Positions 26,026 to 41,781 are shown, numbered from the stretch's first letter. The stretch is DNA of 64,000 nucleotides from Eledone cirrhosa (GCA_964016885.1 CAXHJY010000706.1:6992-70991); one strand, 5' to 3'. Program-made: numbers and translations. The notes: generated by a model from the letters alone, not told the origin.

Positions 26026-28046
26026 TAACCTTTTTTATACTAACATACCATCTCTGCTACTTTGTTATCTCCCCTGTCTTTGCCTGTATTGGATTGGCAG
26101 TATCGGTAGAGAGTCGGACGCCATGCTTTGATGCATAGAGTTACGGCCCTTGTCATTCTGAGTTCAAATCCCGCCGAGGTTAACTTTGCCTTTCATCCTT
26201 ACAGGGTCGATAAAATAAAGTACCAGTAATGCACTGGGTAATTGCTGGCCTTGTGCTGAAAGTAGAAACAATTATTAAATTGCTCACGGTTAGTCTGTAT
26301 TACAACAACCACACAAATCATTTACCTTTCATCCTTTCGAGGATGTGATAGCCTGAGAGAACCGATTAAATAAGTACCAGTAATACACTGAGGTAATATC
26401 AATTGGCTATCATTTCTTTCTCTTTACAAGAAAAAGAAAATTCTTCCTGCTAACGAAATCCTTTAAGAGCTTTCCTTTCGTAACTCTGTCTATTGCTTGA
26501 GAACTCTATTCATGTCTCTTCCGAGTAAAGCCATCAGTACTCTATGTTTGTTTCATCTAGCATTGAATGAAAATAACTCACTGAAAGGATAATAGTATTA
26601 TCTCCTTGTCGATGACAAATAAGTGAGATAAAATCGAACATCTTAGTGGAAGAAGAAAACATCGATTGAGACGGTTTAGTTTTTTAAAAACCACAAGACT
26701 AAAAAAAATCAAAAACAGGAAAGCATGATTTTGTTGTTGTTGAAGTCGTGGTGATGGTTTGATTTTGTTGTTGTTGTTGTTGTAGTCGTGGTGGTGATGG
26801 TTTGATTTTGTTGTTGTTGTAGTGGTTGTGGTGATAGTGGCGGTATGATTTTGTTGTTGTTGTTGTTGTTGTTGTGGCTGTTGTTGTTGTTGTTGTTGCT
26901 GTTGTTTCTTTCGGGTTTGTTAGGACAGAAAAATTAGAGAGATCGAAAGAAATTCAATCAAACAGAAAAAATAAATTTAAAAATCGGCCAGAAAACCAAA
27001 CAGAGTGACAGGAGAGACAGAGAGAAGAGAATAACGACAAAAGAGAGAGAGGGAAATAAAGGGAAGTAAGCAAAAGAGAGAGAGACAGACAGAGGGAAAG
27101 AGAGAGACTGAGAAAGACAGAGAGAAAGAGAAGTAAGCAATGTAGAATGAGAGAGAGATGAGAGAGAGAGAGAAGAGAGTAAAGACAAAAGAGAGAGAGG
27201 GAAATAAAGAGAAGTAAGCAAGAGAGAGAGAGAGAGACAGACAGAGGGAGAGAAAGAGAAGTAAGCAATGTAGGATGAGAGAGAGAGAGAGGGGGGAGAG
27301 AGACAGAAAGAGAGAGAGCGATACAGTGAAATTGTGTTCAGATCTGCTTGATAGCAAGAAGAAACTTCAAGTAGGGCGATGATACTGTGATAGGAGCTTG
27401 TATGTCAAGTTTTGTACCATCGTAACTAGAGTTGGGATGTAATGCCAGCGTGACAGGCCTTAATTGACTAAGCATATTCACATCTCATAAAATCCATCTC
27501 GGCAATTTTACAACAGATCACAACACTAATTGAATAAAAGTGCTTAAAAGGATTTGATGTAGATAGAACCCGGAGCGGGGAAAGTCAACAAGCGAATGAC
27601 TTCCTCATTTTTTTTTTTTTTAGTATTTTCTCTCTTTTTTTTCCCCTATTTTTTTTTATTTTATTTTATGTATATATTTACTTTTTTTTTTTGCTGAGAT
27701 GTGATAGAGTGTCCGGTATTATGGTAGTTCTGACGCGGCTCTGATCACAAACTCAATTCGTTCCTTTTATCTGCACAGAGCGAATACCTTGGAAATTGTG
27801 TAAATTTCCCCCGATACGAACCGGAACGAGAGGATCACATTGGAAACAGAAAGGCGATGAATATAATATATCTGTTAGATGAAGCGCTGGGAGATACATT
27901 AAGTTAAACCTCGCTGTATTATACATGTGCAAATAAGAAATATTTGTCCGGAACTTCATACTGTACAGACTGGTGCTGCCTAAAACATTATTAAAGATAA
28001 TTAGCCACCATTAATAAGTGTTAGTTTTACCGGTGAATAAAAGAAG

Positions 28047-28069
28047 TGGTGGTGGTGATGGTGATGTTG

Positions 28070-28101
<32 letters not shown>

Positions 28102-28338
28102 GGTGGTGGTGGTGATGGTGGTGGTGGTGGTGGTGATGGTGATGGTGATGATGGAAGCGGCGGCAGCGGTGGTGATGGCGGTGGTGATGGTGGTGGTGAT
28201 GGTGGTGATGGTGGTGACGGTAATGATGGTGGTGGTAGTGGTGGTGGTGGTGATGGTGATGGTGATGGTGATGATGGAGGCAGCGGCAACGGTGGTGGTG
28301 GTGGTGGTGGTGGTGGTGGTGGTGGTGGTGGTGGTGGT

Positions 28339-28370
<32 letters not shown>

Positions 28371-28560
28371 TGGTGGTGGTGGTGGTGGTGGTGGTGGTGA
28401 CGGTAATGATGGTGGTGGTAGTGGTGGTGATGGTGATGATGGAAGCGGCGGCAGCGGTGGTGGTGGTGGTGGTGATGATGGTGATGATGATGGTGATGGT
28501 CATGGTCATGATGGTCATGATGATAATGATGATGATGATGGTGGTGGTGGTGGTGATGAT
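28047..28560. repeat. (GGT/GAT)n trinucleotide array
   Basis: Direct reading. Confidence 0.95.
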
Positions 28561-28728
28561 AATATAGTTGTGTAGTGAAAGTCGGAGTAGTTTTGTATTG
28601 GTAATATGAACCAATGTGTACATATCTGTATATATGTGTATATGTGTATGTGAGTGTCTGTATATATGTATATATATATGTGTGTGTATCTGTATATATG
28701 TATGTATATATGTGTTTGTGACAATCTG

Positions 28729-28807
<79 letters not shown>

Positions 28808-29228
28808 ATTAGTAGGATTTAACTGTGTTGCTGTATTGTGTAATTATTTGCATAACATGTATGTATATTTGTTAGCATAGATATAAGTTTGTATATCAAT
28901 GTGTGAGTCACAGCGAGAAAAAAAAGAAAGAGAGAAAGAAAGAAGGGGAGAGAGAAAAAGAGAAAGAAAGAAAAAAAAAGAAAAAAAAAGAGGGGAGAGG
29001 GGAGAGAAAATGTGGTTATGTTTGTGTGTGTTTATAGATGATAGCAGAAATAACTGGTATAAAAAAAAACAATGTGTTCATGGTTTCGTAGCGTGAGGCA
29101 GTGATATGTAAATATTATAGATATTTATGGATCATCTGGTCTTCCATATTTAATTAACTACTGTACTAAAATTCTCTGTTATATTTCCTTTTTAAGTATA
29201 ATATACATCTTATGCCATATATTAACAC

Positions 29229-30110
29229 ATGGCCGCCGTATCTTGCTCCAGTTTTCGTCTGACTAGGTTAAAACCTCTGCACTTTTGCTTCTTGTGGAAA
29301 GGATTCGTTCCACTGGCTAGAAAGAACATCTATTTCCAATATCCTCTGTGTGGAGAGTTTGATATGCTATCACTGATGGTGCAGATAATCCCGGGTTTTG
29401 AGCAAGGTTAACACATCTGCACTTTTGCTTCTTGTGGAAAGGATTCGTTCCACTGGCTAGAAAGAACATCTACTTCCAATATCTTCTGTATGGAGAGTTT
29501 GATATGCTATGACTACTGGTGCAGATAATCCTGGGTTTTGAACAACTTATGTCGCCGTTTGCCAGACAAATTTTCCCTTAGCTCATCTTTGGAGGGGGCG
29601 GTTGTAGTCATGGGTCAAGTAAAGATGAAGACTGGGCGCCTTATATAGAGAATTTTGTCATATGTCCACAGCTCCTCTCTACCAATTGGACTATGCGGTC
29701 GATGGAACTTCCACGCTAGATATCTATAGATCAGTAGTGGTACGGAAGAGTTACATTATTCTCGAGAAAATTCTAAACATCGAAGAGAGTCATCTAGCTG
29801 GTAGAACTTTCAGCCTGCGTAGAGGATAACTTCCAGAAATTCGTGGCCTTACAGGGCTCTGAGGGAATTAGTCAGGCCTGCCCAAGATGCGAACAGGATG
29901 GCGAAATCATCTGCACACTCGAGTTCAGTGTTCGAACCTTGCTGACTTATGGAGTTTTTTCGAACTGCCATTGTCATGTATTGGGTTGATCCAGCTCTTG
30001 ACCGAGCTCATCTTCAAATAATAAACCTATTAGATATCCCGCTGGTACATCGTTCTGGGGTCCAGAGTGTCACGGAGAACTCTGCGTATATCTAACATCC
30101 CTACTTTAAA
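29229..30110 (+). pseudogene. Degenerate Tx1/L1-clade ORF2 with a 140 bp internal tandem duplication
   Basis: FCFLWKGFVPLARK..QYPLCG motif (post-RT F.W...R....P..GG) duplicated at about 29275 and 29415; CPRCEQDGE zinc knuckle near 29878. Confidence 0.65.
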
Positions 30111-30589
30111 AAAAACTCACAGGCCCTTTGAATTTTGAGACGGGTTTACCTCTTTCCATTCACGATTTTCTTTGGTTTTTTTGGTTTTTTTTGTTCCCTT
30201 TGATAATTGTTTCTTCTTTTGGCACAATGCCAGAAATTATCCCAGTGCATTACTGGTACTTTATTTTATCGACTCCATAAGCATGAAAGGCAATGTTTTG
30301 TATTTCAATATATGAATCTATAAGTCATTTGTAAAAAAAAAAAACGTAGTAACACATTTATTTTCAGACTGACCCTTAGAAATAAAATACTAGGGCCTGT
30401 GTTCAAGTAACTACTTAGCAATCTAGCCGTGGCAACACTACAGCTGCCAGATGTCCGTCAACGTCCTACACTTCACTCAACACTGGATTGTGGACCCCCC
30501 CTCCTCCTCCTCCTCCTATAATTAGTAAGACCACAAATACTAATAATAAATCATCAATCCTCTCATTAACATAATCTCCAACGTCACAA

Positions 30590-31038
30590 CCACCACCACA
30601 ACAACCACTACCACTACCACTACTACCACTATCACCATTATCGCCATCACTACCTCTACTACCACCACTACCACCACTACCATCACTACCACCACAACCA
30701 CCATTACCACCATTATCGCCATCACTACCACCACTACCACCACTACCACCACTACCACCACTAGCACCACTACCACCACTACCACCACTACCACCACTAC
30801 CACCACTAGCACCACTACCACCACTACCACCACAACCACCATTACCACCATTATCGCCATCAGTACCACCACTACCACCACTAGCACCACTACCACCACT
30901 ACCACCACAACCACCATTACCACCATTATCGCCATCACTACCACCACTACCACCACTACCACCACAACCACCATTACCACCACTACCATCACCACCATGA
31001 CAACTACCATCTCCATCACGCCTATTATACAACGTACT

Positions 31039-31109
<71 letters not shown>

Positions 31110-31148
31110 TGTAGTAGTAGTAGTAGTTGTAGTAGTGATGATGCAGGA

Positions 31149-31198
<50 letters not shown>

Positions 31199-31850
31199 CA
31201 TGGTCAGTGTATTGGTTGATGCGTGAAAAGAACGGGGATGGTGTGGGTAGCGGGTAGACAGGGGCTAGGTGGAGAGTGGGTAGGGGGGAGGGAGGTGATA
31301 GGGGTCGGGGTAAGGGTAGGTAAGGTGCAGGGAAGAATGGCGGAGTAGTTTTGCCACGTGTCCTTAAACATAAAATCTTTTAAGCATTGATTTTATTGTA
31401 TTTTATTGTATTTTATTGTATTTTATTGTTTACCAGGGATTAATCGTAAATAGTGGAACCAGGAATAAAATATATAACAACAACAACAATACTAACAACA
31501 ACAACAATACTAACAACAACAACAATACTAATAACAACAACAACAATACTAATAACAACAACAACAACAATACTAACAACAACAACAATACTAATAACAA
31601 CAACAACAATACTAATAACAACAATAATAATACTAATAACAACAACAACAACAACAATAATAATACTAACAACAACAACAACAATACTAATAACAACAAC
31701 AACAATACTAATAACAACAACAACAATAATAATACTAACAACAACAACAACAACAATACTAATAACAACAACAACAATACTAATAACAACAACAACAATA
31801 ATAATACTAACAACAACAACAACAATACTAATAACAACAACAGTAATAGT
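30590..31850. repeat. (ACC)n, (GTA)n and (AAC)n trinucleotide arrays
   Basis: Arrays at 30590-31015, 31039-31137 and 31475-31850. Confidence 0.9.
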
Positions 31851-31967
31851 AATATCTCATTTATTCGCCACAAGGGCCGACATGTAGGGGACAATACAAA
31901 GACAGGGACAGTAATAACAACAACAACAATAATACTAACAACAACAATAATAATACTAATGACAACA

Positions 31968-32605
31968 ATAATTGTTTTTGCGTTAGGCACAAGGCCAGCA
32001 ATTTTTTTTTTTTGGGGGGGGGGGGTCGATTAAATCGACACTAGTACATTACTGGTACTTTATTTTATCGACCCCCGTAAGGATGAAAGGCAAAATTAAC
32101 CTCAGCGAAATTTGAACTCAGAACGTAAAGGGCCGCAACTCTATGCCACAAAGCATATTGTCTAACAATAATATTTTCTCATATAGGCACAAGGCCAGCA
32201 ATTTTGGGGGGGGGGGGAGTCGATTAAACCGACACCAGTACATTACTGGTACTTTATTTTATCGACCCCCGTAAGGATGAAAGGCAAAGTTAACCTCGGC
32301 GGGATTTGAACTCAGAACATAAAGGGCCATCACTCTATGCCGCTAAGCATGTTGTCCAACACTCTACCGATTCTGCCAATCCACTGCCCTTAATGTTTTC
32401 TGATTTAGGCACAAGGCCAGCAATTTTGGGGGGAGGGAGGGGAAATTCGATTAAATCCACCTCAGTGCATTACTGGTACTTTACTTATCGGCCCAGTAAA
32501 GATGAAAGGCAAAAACTAACCTCGGCGGAATTTGAACCCAGAACGTAAAGGGCCATAACTCTATACCGCTAAGCCTGTTGTCCAGTGCTCTACCAATACA
32601 GTCAA
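31968..32605 (-). mobile_element. Three tandem major-family SINE copies
   Basis: aggcacaaggccagcaattt...gatgaaaggcaaa..aacctc.gcg..atttgaac repeated three times. Confidence 0.85.
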
Positions 32606-32756
32606 TCAGTAATAAGGATAATGTAAAAAAGAAATAAAGAGAAAAATATAAACATGAAAATACCAAAAACACAAGAAAAACAAAGAAACATTATTTGTGA
32701 TACAATTCATTAGCGGGAATAGAATTAGCGTTCAATAAAAACGATGATGAATCGAA

Positions 32757-33661
<905 letters not shown>

Positions 33662-34304
33662 TTGCAGACATATATGCACGCCGCCTCAGCCAGCACACAC
33701 GCACAAGTTTTATGGCTCACATTTGTATGTTTCATTCTCTATCGTATTTTTAAATACCGTATTCTGACTTCATGTCGATAAGGCGGTGGTGGAGATAGCG
33801 TTGCCGTCGTCGGTGGTCGATGGTAAGGGCTGGGTGGGTGGGTGGTTTGTAATGGATTGCTGTTTTTATTGTTATTTACTACCAAATCAACCCTAATCGA
33901 GAGTAGATATAAAAGTGTTGTTTTTTTTAATTTATGCACAATGCTAACAATTTATGAGGAGAGATAAGTTGATTACCTCGAATCCCAGTATTTAACTGGT
34001 ACTTTTTCTTTTCAACCTTTGAAGGATGAAAGGCTAAGTTGATCTCGGGGGGATTTAAACTCGGAATGTAATGAGCTGTAATTAAATATTGCAAACAGTT
34101 TTGTCTAGCGCTCTAACGATTTATATCTGTATTTTTGACCGTTGGTCAGTCAATGATAAACATTGAGGACCAAATGGAGATATAAAAGATACAGAAGCGA
34201 AAACCAACCAAACAGTGAGTGTGTTCTGTTATTATTTCTGGCAATATTATTACAACAATATGACCCTCCCCAAGTATAACAATATATATATATATATATA
34301 TATT

Positions 34305-34517
34305 ATGTAAACAAGCTGTCTGATGATGTCACGACACTCGCACACAGAACAGTGTGGCCAGTGTCGTCATTGAAATATATATCACAGCATTATTATTAAA
34401 GAAGTTGAACATCTGAAACTACTTCGCTTTTCCTTATTCGATATTTACTCCGTCACTCCTATGTGGAAAAAGTACGTTGAGTGCTTGAATTGAATTGCAT
34501 CAATATTTACCCTAAGT
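34305..34517 (+). mobile_element. Family D HHR mini-element between (TA)n tracts
   Basis: HHR followed by a body that matches the fragment at 9740-9786 (catctgaaactacttcgcttttccttattc) and a tactc...gttgagtgc motif. Confidence 0.8.
34315..34388 (+). ncRNA. Type I hammerhead ribozyme motif (family D)
   Basis: Stem I GCTGT/ACAGC, CTGATGA (34320-34326), long stem II ACGACACT..CACAC/GTGTG..AGTGTCGT, GAAA (34372-34375), minimal stem III TATATA, predicted cleavage after ATC (34383). Confidence 0.8.
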
Positions 34518-34540
34518 ATATATATATATATATATATATA

Positions 34541-34835
<295 letters not shown>

Positions 34836-34949
34836 ATAATAATAAATGTGAAACCGGTAAAGGAAACAAATAAATATTCTTAAAAAGACTCCAGTTGCAT
34901 TTTCGATTTCTTTTCCTTATACTTTCACTAGTGTAGGGCACCTACATTT

Positions 34950-35006
<57 letters not shown>

Positions 35007-35007
35007 C

Positions 35008-35071
35008 ATTTTGTCTGAGGAAGGCATACCATATTTTTAATATGATATCCCAGAAATATATATAACGAAAT
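35008..35071 (+). ncRNA. Type I hammerhead ribozyme motif (family E element, 35001-35113)
   Basis: Stem I ATTTTGT/ACGAAAT, CTGAGGA, imperfect stem II around CATATT/AATATG, GAAA, TATATA, predicted cleavage after ATA. Confidence 0.65.
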
Positions 35072-35112
35072 AAATATGGTTTTATAAATATAGTTTCCAT
35101 TTGTTTAATATC

Positions 35113-35175
<63 letters not shown>

Positions 35176-35223
35176 TACATGTAATAAAGCGCTTTCAGGT
35201 GATGACAATCCCGTATTTTGTTT

Positions 35224-35271
<48 letters not shown>

Positions 35272-35628
35272 GAAGAGGCGGGGGGGGGGGAGAAGGAGGG
35301 GGGGGGGGGCTTCTCAAAGATCTTCATATCTTCAAATTCTAAGGGAGCTACGTTTCGTCAGAGATGTCCTCTTTGGTGACTTGTCTTGACCTGTCCAAAA
35401 CTAAATGTTTTTCTCCCTGGCCTGGCGACATCCTTATAGATAATATATATTGATACATCGTGACATATCAATAGATTCCTTAAGGAACTCCACACCCCAC
35501 ACCCTACATACACACACCACATTCTTTTCACATTAGATGAAACTGCGTTATGAAAACTAATACATCTGCAAGACTACGGCTTTGGACATCGCTTCTTTGT
35601 TTACTGTACACACACACTCACACAACAG

Positions 35629-35659
<31 letters not shown>

Positions 35660-35682
35660 ATGTGTGTGTGTGTGTGTGTATG

Positions 35683-35800
35683 TACCGCGGTGCTGAAAGT
35701 CCCTGACTTTGAGTAAAAGAAAGTACAGGAGGATCAGTTAATTAGGATTTTATTCAATATATTCCCCTCTCAGGTGCAGATACTTATTGCAGCCGTCCTA
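35683..35800 (+). mobile_element. mariner-type terminal fragment
   Basis: ta ccgcggtgctgaaagtccctgacttt...ttttattcaatatattcccctctca resembles mariner left ends. Confidence 0.5.
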
Positions 35801-36498
35801 CCCCTCCTGTTGAACACAATAAGAAACAGAACCTCACCTGGGAAGGTAACAGCTCTCGGTTCGATTTAAATACCAGTAATGCACTGGGGTCGATTTAATC
35901 GACTTACTCCGTCCCCGGGTGCCTAAATCAGAAACCATTTAGAACGTTGGTTAGAATGTATTGCAGTATTCGGCCCCTTGGTCTGCGATCTCTGAGTTCA
36001 AATCCCGTCAATGTCAATTTTGTCTTTCATTATTCCGATGTTCTTTAAAATAAAGTACCAGTGAAATACTGGTGTTGATTTAATTGATTTCCCCTCCTCG
36101 ACTTGCTGGCCTCGTGCCTATGTTAAAACAATTATTTACCCTACCCTGGAAAAAAAGAAAATACTGCTATACCCTCCCCCTTCATAAAGTATACTAGTTT
36201 CCTTCAATGTTTCGCTTATATAGGATCTACGCCTCCGACTACAAATTTAAAATGTGAGATATTGATCTTCCTCAATTCTGTGACTCAGCAGGATGTAAGG
36301 ACATTTCTTACAAGCATCATCAGTAGATATTCATTACTAGGTGGAGTTAAACTAACATTTTAGCTTCAACGATATTAAACCTGCTCATCTTGCATTCATA
36401 TTAAGATAAAAATATGTTTCAAGATCCTTCCAACTGTTTAAAAAATAAGGAAGAAAGAAAGAAAGAAAGGTAAAAAGAGAGAAATAAATAACTAAATA

Positions 36499-36537
<39 letters not shown>

Positions 36538-37725
36538 GATCGAATGCTATAGGGAAGCATTTTTAGTAGACTTTAAATTTTAATGCTTAAAAACGTAGGA
36601 TAATGTCCCAGCTCATGAAACTGATACAGGCATTGTATTGAAGTGAAGACATAAAAGTTCAAACATGAGTATTGTTTAAAAAAACTGTCATTTGATCTTG
36701 TTGGTGTGGTTTACCGAACAGATGAAATTTATTAGAATTTTGTGCTTGTTCTTTTGCCAATAATTAAATTCTATTATATTTTTTTCATAAGCTTTCCGCA
36801 GAATTCTCGTTAAAGATTGACAAAATTTATCATGGGGTGTTTCTAATTAAAAACAGCTGCATTTATGAAATATTGTTGAATAATTCTTATTTAATTTTGT
36901 TCTACTTATTCATCATATTTTTGTTGTTTATTTCTGTCGTGGAAGGATCTTATTAAATGAAGTTACGTTCTTGTTCTTCACTAAATTTGTGTCACTCATA
37001 TTGCCAAATTTGACCTTCTAAAAGGGTAAATAAAGACTTTAAACTCAAAGTTTCACCCACAAACTAAACTGGCTTTAACTTAAGGGGCTTTAATTTAAAA
37101 GAAAATGCTGCCGCCCTTCAGCAAATCTGTCTATAGTTTTGTATTCTATAACGTCCATTTTAAATGTCCGTCTCATAGAAACTCGGCGGGATAGCTACAG
37201 AACTCCCAAAGGGAAATCTATCTCATGTTGAAAGAAGGGTGGAAAGAGTGACAGACTCAACGACGGCGACAACAGAGATGGTATAGAAGAAGAAGAAGAA
37301 GAAGAAGAAGAAGAAGAAGAAGAAGAAGAAGAAGAAGAAGAAGAAGAAGAAGAAGAAGAAGAAGAGAGAAAGAGAGGAGAGAATATAAGGTAGAAGCAAA
37401 AGAAAAAAGTTTGTTTTAGGCCGCTAGAGCCATTTAGTGCCGTAACAAAGTGTCGTGTGTATTTGATTATATGATGTGATTCACGTAAACAAATCTCTGT
37501 CATTAATACGACATCTCGTTTGTTTGTGTTTAGTAGTTAATTATTGGTAGATTAGGGAGGCTGTCAACAATACGACATCAACGACGACAGCCAAATGATA
37601 CAGTGAAGCAATGGCGGCGGCGAGAGAGGGAAGAAGGAGAGATCACGAAAGGAAAATATACACACCACACGTCCTCACAAAACAGTCGTCTGCTTCCTCC
37701 AATCTCTCCTTCCCTCTCTGTTTTT

Positions 37726-37734
<9 letters not shown>

Positions 37735-37768
<34 letters not shown>

Positions 37769-38505
37769 TCCCTCTCCCTTTCTCCCTCTCTATTCTTTCC
37801 CTTCTACATATGTTTAGCTTCTCTCTTCCTTCCTCTCCCGCTTTCTCACTCTTCCTCCCCCTCCCTCTTCCGTCCTCTCTCTCTTCTTTCCTCTCCCCTC
37901 TCTCTTCCCTTTTCTCTCCCCCTCTCTCATTCTTCCTCTCCCTTCTCTCTTCCTTCCTCTCCTCATCTATCATTCTTCCTCTCCCCTCTCTCTCTCTCTT
38001 CCTTCCTCTCCTCCTCTCTCACTCTTCCTCTCCCCTCTCTCTTCATTCCTCTCCTCATCTATCACTCTTCCTCTCCCCTCTCTCTTCCTTCCTCTCCTCC
38101 TCTCTCACTCTTCCTCTCCCCTCTTTCTCTCTTCCTTCCTCTCCTCCTCTCTCACTCTTCCTCCTCCTCTCTCTTCCTTCCTCTCCTCATCTATCATTCT
38201 TCCTCTCCCCCCCTCTCTCTCTCTTCCTTCCTCTCCTCCTCTCTCACTCTTCCTCTCCCCTCTCTCTTCCTTCCTCTCCTCATCTAACACTCTTCCTCTC
38301 CCCTCTCTCTTCCTTCCTCTCCTCCTCTCTCACTCTTCCTCCTCCTCTCTCTTCCTTCCTCTCCTCATCTATCACTCTTCCTCCTCCTCTCTCTTCCTTC
38401 CTCTCCCCTCTCTCTTCCTTCCTCCCGCCCTCTCTCACTCTTTCTCTCCCCTCTCTCTTCCTTTCTCTCCCCCTCTCTCACTCTTTCTCTCCCCTTCTCT
38501 CTTCA
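37735..38505. repeat. Polypyrimidine (CT-rich) minisatellite
   Basis: Recurrent cactcttcctctcccctctctcttccttcctctcctc units. Confidence 0.9.
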
Positions 38506-38540
38506 CTCACTAGTATAGAAATCGTATTTATTCGAAAGAA

Positions 38541-38715
38541 CAGTGATTCCGAAAAAAAGGTTCCACAAAGGAGTGCCTGGGGTCCCATGAAAAAAGATAG
38601 AGGAGTATATTTATATTACGACCCTATAACAACAGTATCAGACTTTGGAGTCCCCCCAAAAAACGTTTCAGAACCAAAAAGAGGTTCCGCGTTTGAAAAA
38701 AGTTTGGTAAACCCT
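38541..38715. mobile_element. Possible degenerate hAT-type MITE
   Basis: Ends cagtgattcc / ggtaaaccctg with internal ggggtcc and ggttcc motifs; no 8 bp TSD seen. Confidence 0.35.
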
Positions 38716-38728
38716 GTATTAAATAGAT

Positions 38729-39290
38729 GTTTCTTTATTAGCCACAGGGGCACAAAAGAAGGGGACAATTACAAAGAGGGGGAGTTTACATACAACAAAA
38801 ACGTGTAAAATATTATCACAATTGTAAATTAAAAGTTAATCGATTTTCCCCAATAGGGGGAGACATTACATATGGGTAGCACATACCCCCGAAAAAAAAT
38901 GTGCAACCCTCATCTCCAGGAGTACGAAGAGTTTGTACCCCTTTCCTCTCTTTCTCTTTTTCCGCAACCTACAGGCTGATATAGAGAGAAGGCCCATTCA
39001 CTCGGGCCATTCTCGCCACTTTCACCCACCTTTCATAAAACTTGCTGGGGTACAGCACCTCTCTCTCCATCCTGACTCTTCTTCCAAAGTGGTATTTGAA
39101 AAAAAGAATCAGTTGTTGGCCGGAGAGATCGTAGTCACAGATAGATAGATATACTTCTTTATTTGCCACAAAGGCGCACAAGAAAAGGGGACAATACAAA
39201 GACATGCCGGGGATTTTACATACAATCGTGTAAAAATATTGAAGCAAACAAATTAAACAATCGAAATCCCCAATATTTGTATTAAATAGA
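38729..39290 (-). pseudogene. Tx1/L1-clade 3' ends (two adjacent pieces)
   Basis: Minus translation LSGQQLILFFKYHFGRRVRMEREVL..KFYERWVKVARM; terminus tgtggctaataaagaaa; short termini also at 23092-23130 (in GATA repeats) and 31855-31910. Confidence 0.65.
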
Positions 39291-39607
39291 TAGAATTGTT
39301 GCCAGACGTTCTGGTAGGTATTCCTAACAGCTTGTAGTAATACACTTAGAGACATGACGAAACTCTTGCAGCGATTATCCAATAACTTACCTTCTTTGAG
39401 AGTTCCAGAATTCTCGGATATATCAGTCAGTCCTGCCAGGCGAATTATATCCGATATCCAGCTAAAATGTTTAATGAACCTTACTTTATATAAATACAGG
39501 GAATCTTAGGGACCTACCTAGGTCACCAAAACCCCACTAAATTATCTGGGGGAAAATCTTGACTTCACCGAGCAATATTTTCTCTTCCTTGCGTCCTGTC
39601 AACCACC

Positions 39608-41397
39608 TCCTCCTGCTTCTTCTTCTTCTTCTTCTTCTTCTTCTTCTTCTTCTTCTTCTTCTTCTTCTTCTTCTTCTTCCTTCACCTTTTTCTTCTTCTT
39701 TTTCTTCTTCTTCTTCTTTTTCTTCTTTTTCTTCTTTTTCTTCTTCTTCTTTTTTTCCTTCTTCTTCTTCTTCTTCTTCTTCTTCTTCTTCTTCATCTTC
39801 TTCTTCCTTCATCTTCTTCTTCCTTCACCTTCTTCTTCTTCTTCTTCTTCTTCTTCTTCCTTCACCTTTTTCTTCTTCTTTTTCTTCTTTTTCTTCTTCT
39901 TCTTCTTCTTCTTCTTCTTCTTCCTTCACCTTTTTCTTCTTCTTTTTCTTCTTTTTCTTCTTTTTCTTCTTTTTCTTCTTCTTCTTTTTTTCCTTCTTCT
40001 TCTTCTTCTTCTTCTTCTTCTTCTTCTTCATCTTCTTCTTCCTTCATCTTCTTCTTCCTTCACCTTCTTCTTCTTCTTCTTCTTCTTCTTCTTCCTTCAC
40101 CTTTTTCTTCTTCTTTTTCTTCTTCTTCTTCTTCTTCTTCTTCTTCTTCTTCTTCTTCCTTCACCTTTTTCTTCTTCTTTTTCTTCTTTTTCTTCTTTTT
40201 CTTCTTTTTCTTCTTCTTCTTTTTTTCCTTCTTCTTCTTCTTCTTCTTCTTCTTCTTCTTCTTCTTCTTCTTCCTTCATCTTCTTCTTCCTTCACCTTCT
40301 TCTTCTTCTTCTTCTTCTTCTTCTTCCTTCACCTTTTTCTTCTTCTTTTTCTTCTTTTTCTTCTTCTTCTTCTTCTTCTTCTTCTTCTTCCTTCACCTTT
40401 TTCTTCTTCTTTTTCTTCTTCTTCTTTTTCTCCTTCTTCTTCTTCTTCTTCTTCTTTTTCCTCATTATCATCACCATCGTCGTCGTCGTCCTCAACATCA
40501 TCGTATCAACGTCCTCCTCCTCCTCCTCCTCCTCATCACCACCACCACCACCACCACCACCACCATCACCATCACCACCACCATCACCATCACCACCACC
40601 ATCACCACCACCACCACCACCATCACCATCACCACCACCATCACCATCACCACCACCATCACCATCACCACCACCATCACCACCATCACCACCACCATCA
40701 CCACCACCACCACCACCACCACCATCACCACCACCACCATCACCACCACCACCACCATCACCATCATCACCATCACCATCATCACCGTCACCATCACCAC
40801 CACCACCACCACCACCATCACCACCACCATCACCATCACCACCACCACCACCATCACCACCATCACCATCACCATCATCACCATCACCATCACCACCACC
40901 ACCACCACCACCATCACCACCATCACCATCACCATCACCATCATCACCATCACCATCACCACCACCACCACCATCACCATCATCACCATCACCACCACCA
41001 CCACCACCACCATCACCACCATCACCATCACCATCATCACCATCACCATCACCATCACCACCACCATCACCATCATCACCATCACCATCATCACCGTCAC
41101 CATCACCACCACCACCACCACCACCATCACCACCACCATCACCATCATCACCGTCACCATCATCACCATCACCACCACCATCACCACCATCACCATCACC
41201 ACCATCACCATCACCGTCACCACCACCACCATCACCACCATCACCATCACCACCATCACCACCATCACCATCACCACCATCACCATCACCACCACCACCA
41301 CCACCACCACCACCACCATCACCACCATCACCATCACCACCACCACCATCACCATCATCATCATCATAACCATCACCATCACCATCATCATCATCAT
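39608..41397. repeat. (CTT)n array followed by (CAC/CAT)n array
   Basis: Direct reading; source of the 629 aa low-complexity ORF. Confidence 0.95.
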
Positions 41398-41746
41398 TTT
41401 TTTTTTTTTTTTCCTTTTAATCTTAATCATCGTTCTCCGTGCCAGTGACTACGGGTGGTGGTGCTACCACAAAGATGTGTTTGGAAATAGCAGCATCATG
41501 ATTGATTGTCTGACATTTTCACCACCCAGACAATCTTCCTACATACATTAAATATTTCCCCTTCTGTTAAATCGTATTTTATCTCCTAGAGAGGACATCG
41601 GACTATTAATGCGATCGATAAACGAGATCATATTACCTAAGGTCCAGGTTACCCTTTGCTCCCATTTTCATATTTGCTGTTCTTACTTCCTGCCTGCCTT
41701 CCCTACTTCCTTGCGCTCCCCTGTGGTCCCAGAACTCTGTGGACAC

Positions 41747-41781
<35 letters not shown>

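Noticed and set aside
28018-28575. Gly/Asp-rich ORF resembling a structural protein (also 30466-31032 and 21886-22254)
   Set aside because: GGT/GAT trinucleotide arrays open in several frames, with no signal peptide or unique coding flank.
39559-41448. 629 aa ORF with poly-L/F/S and poly-H
   Set aside because: Pure translation of (CTT)n and (CAC/CAT)n arrays, with no domain or splice context.
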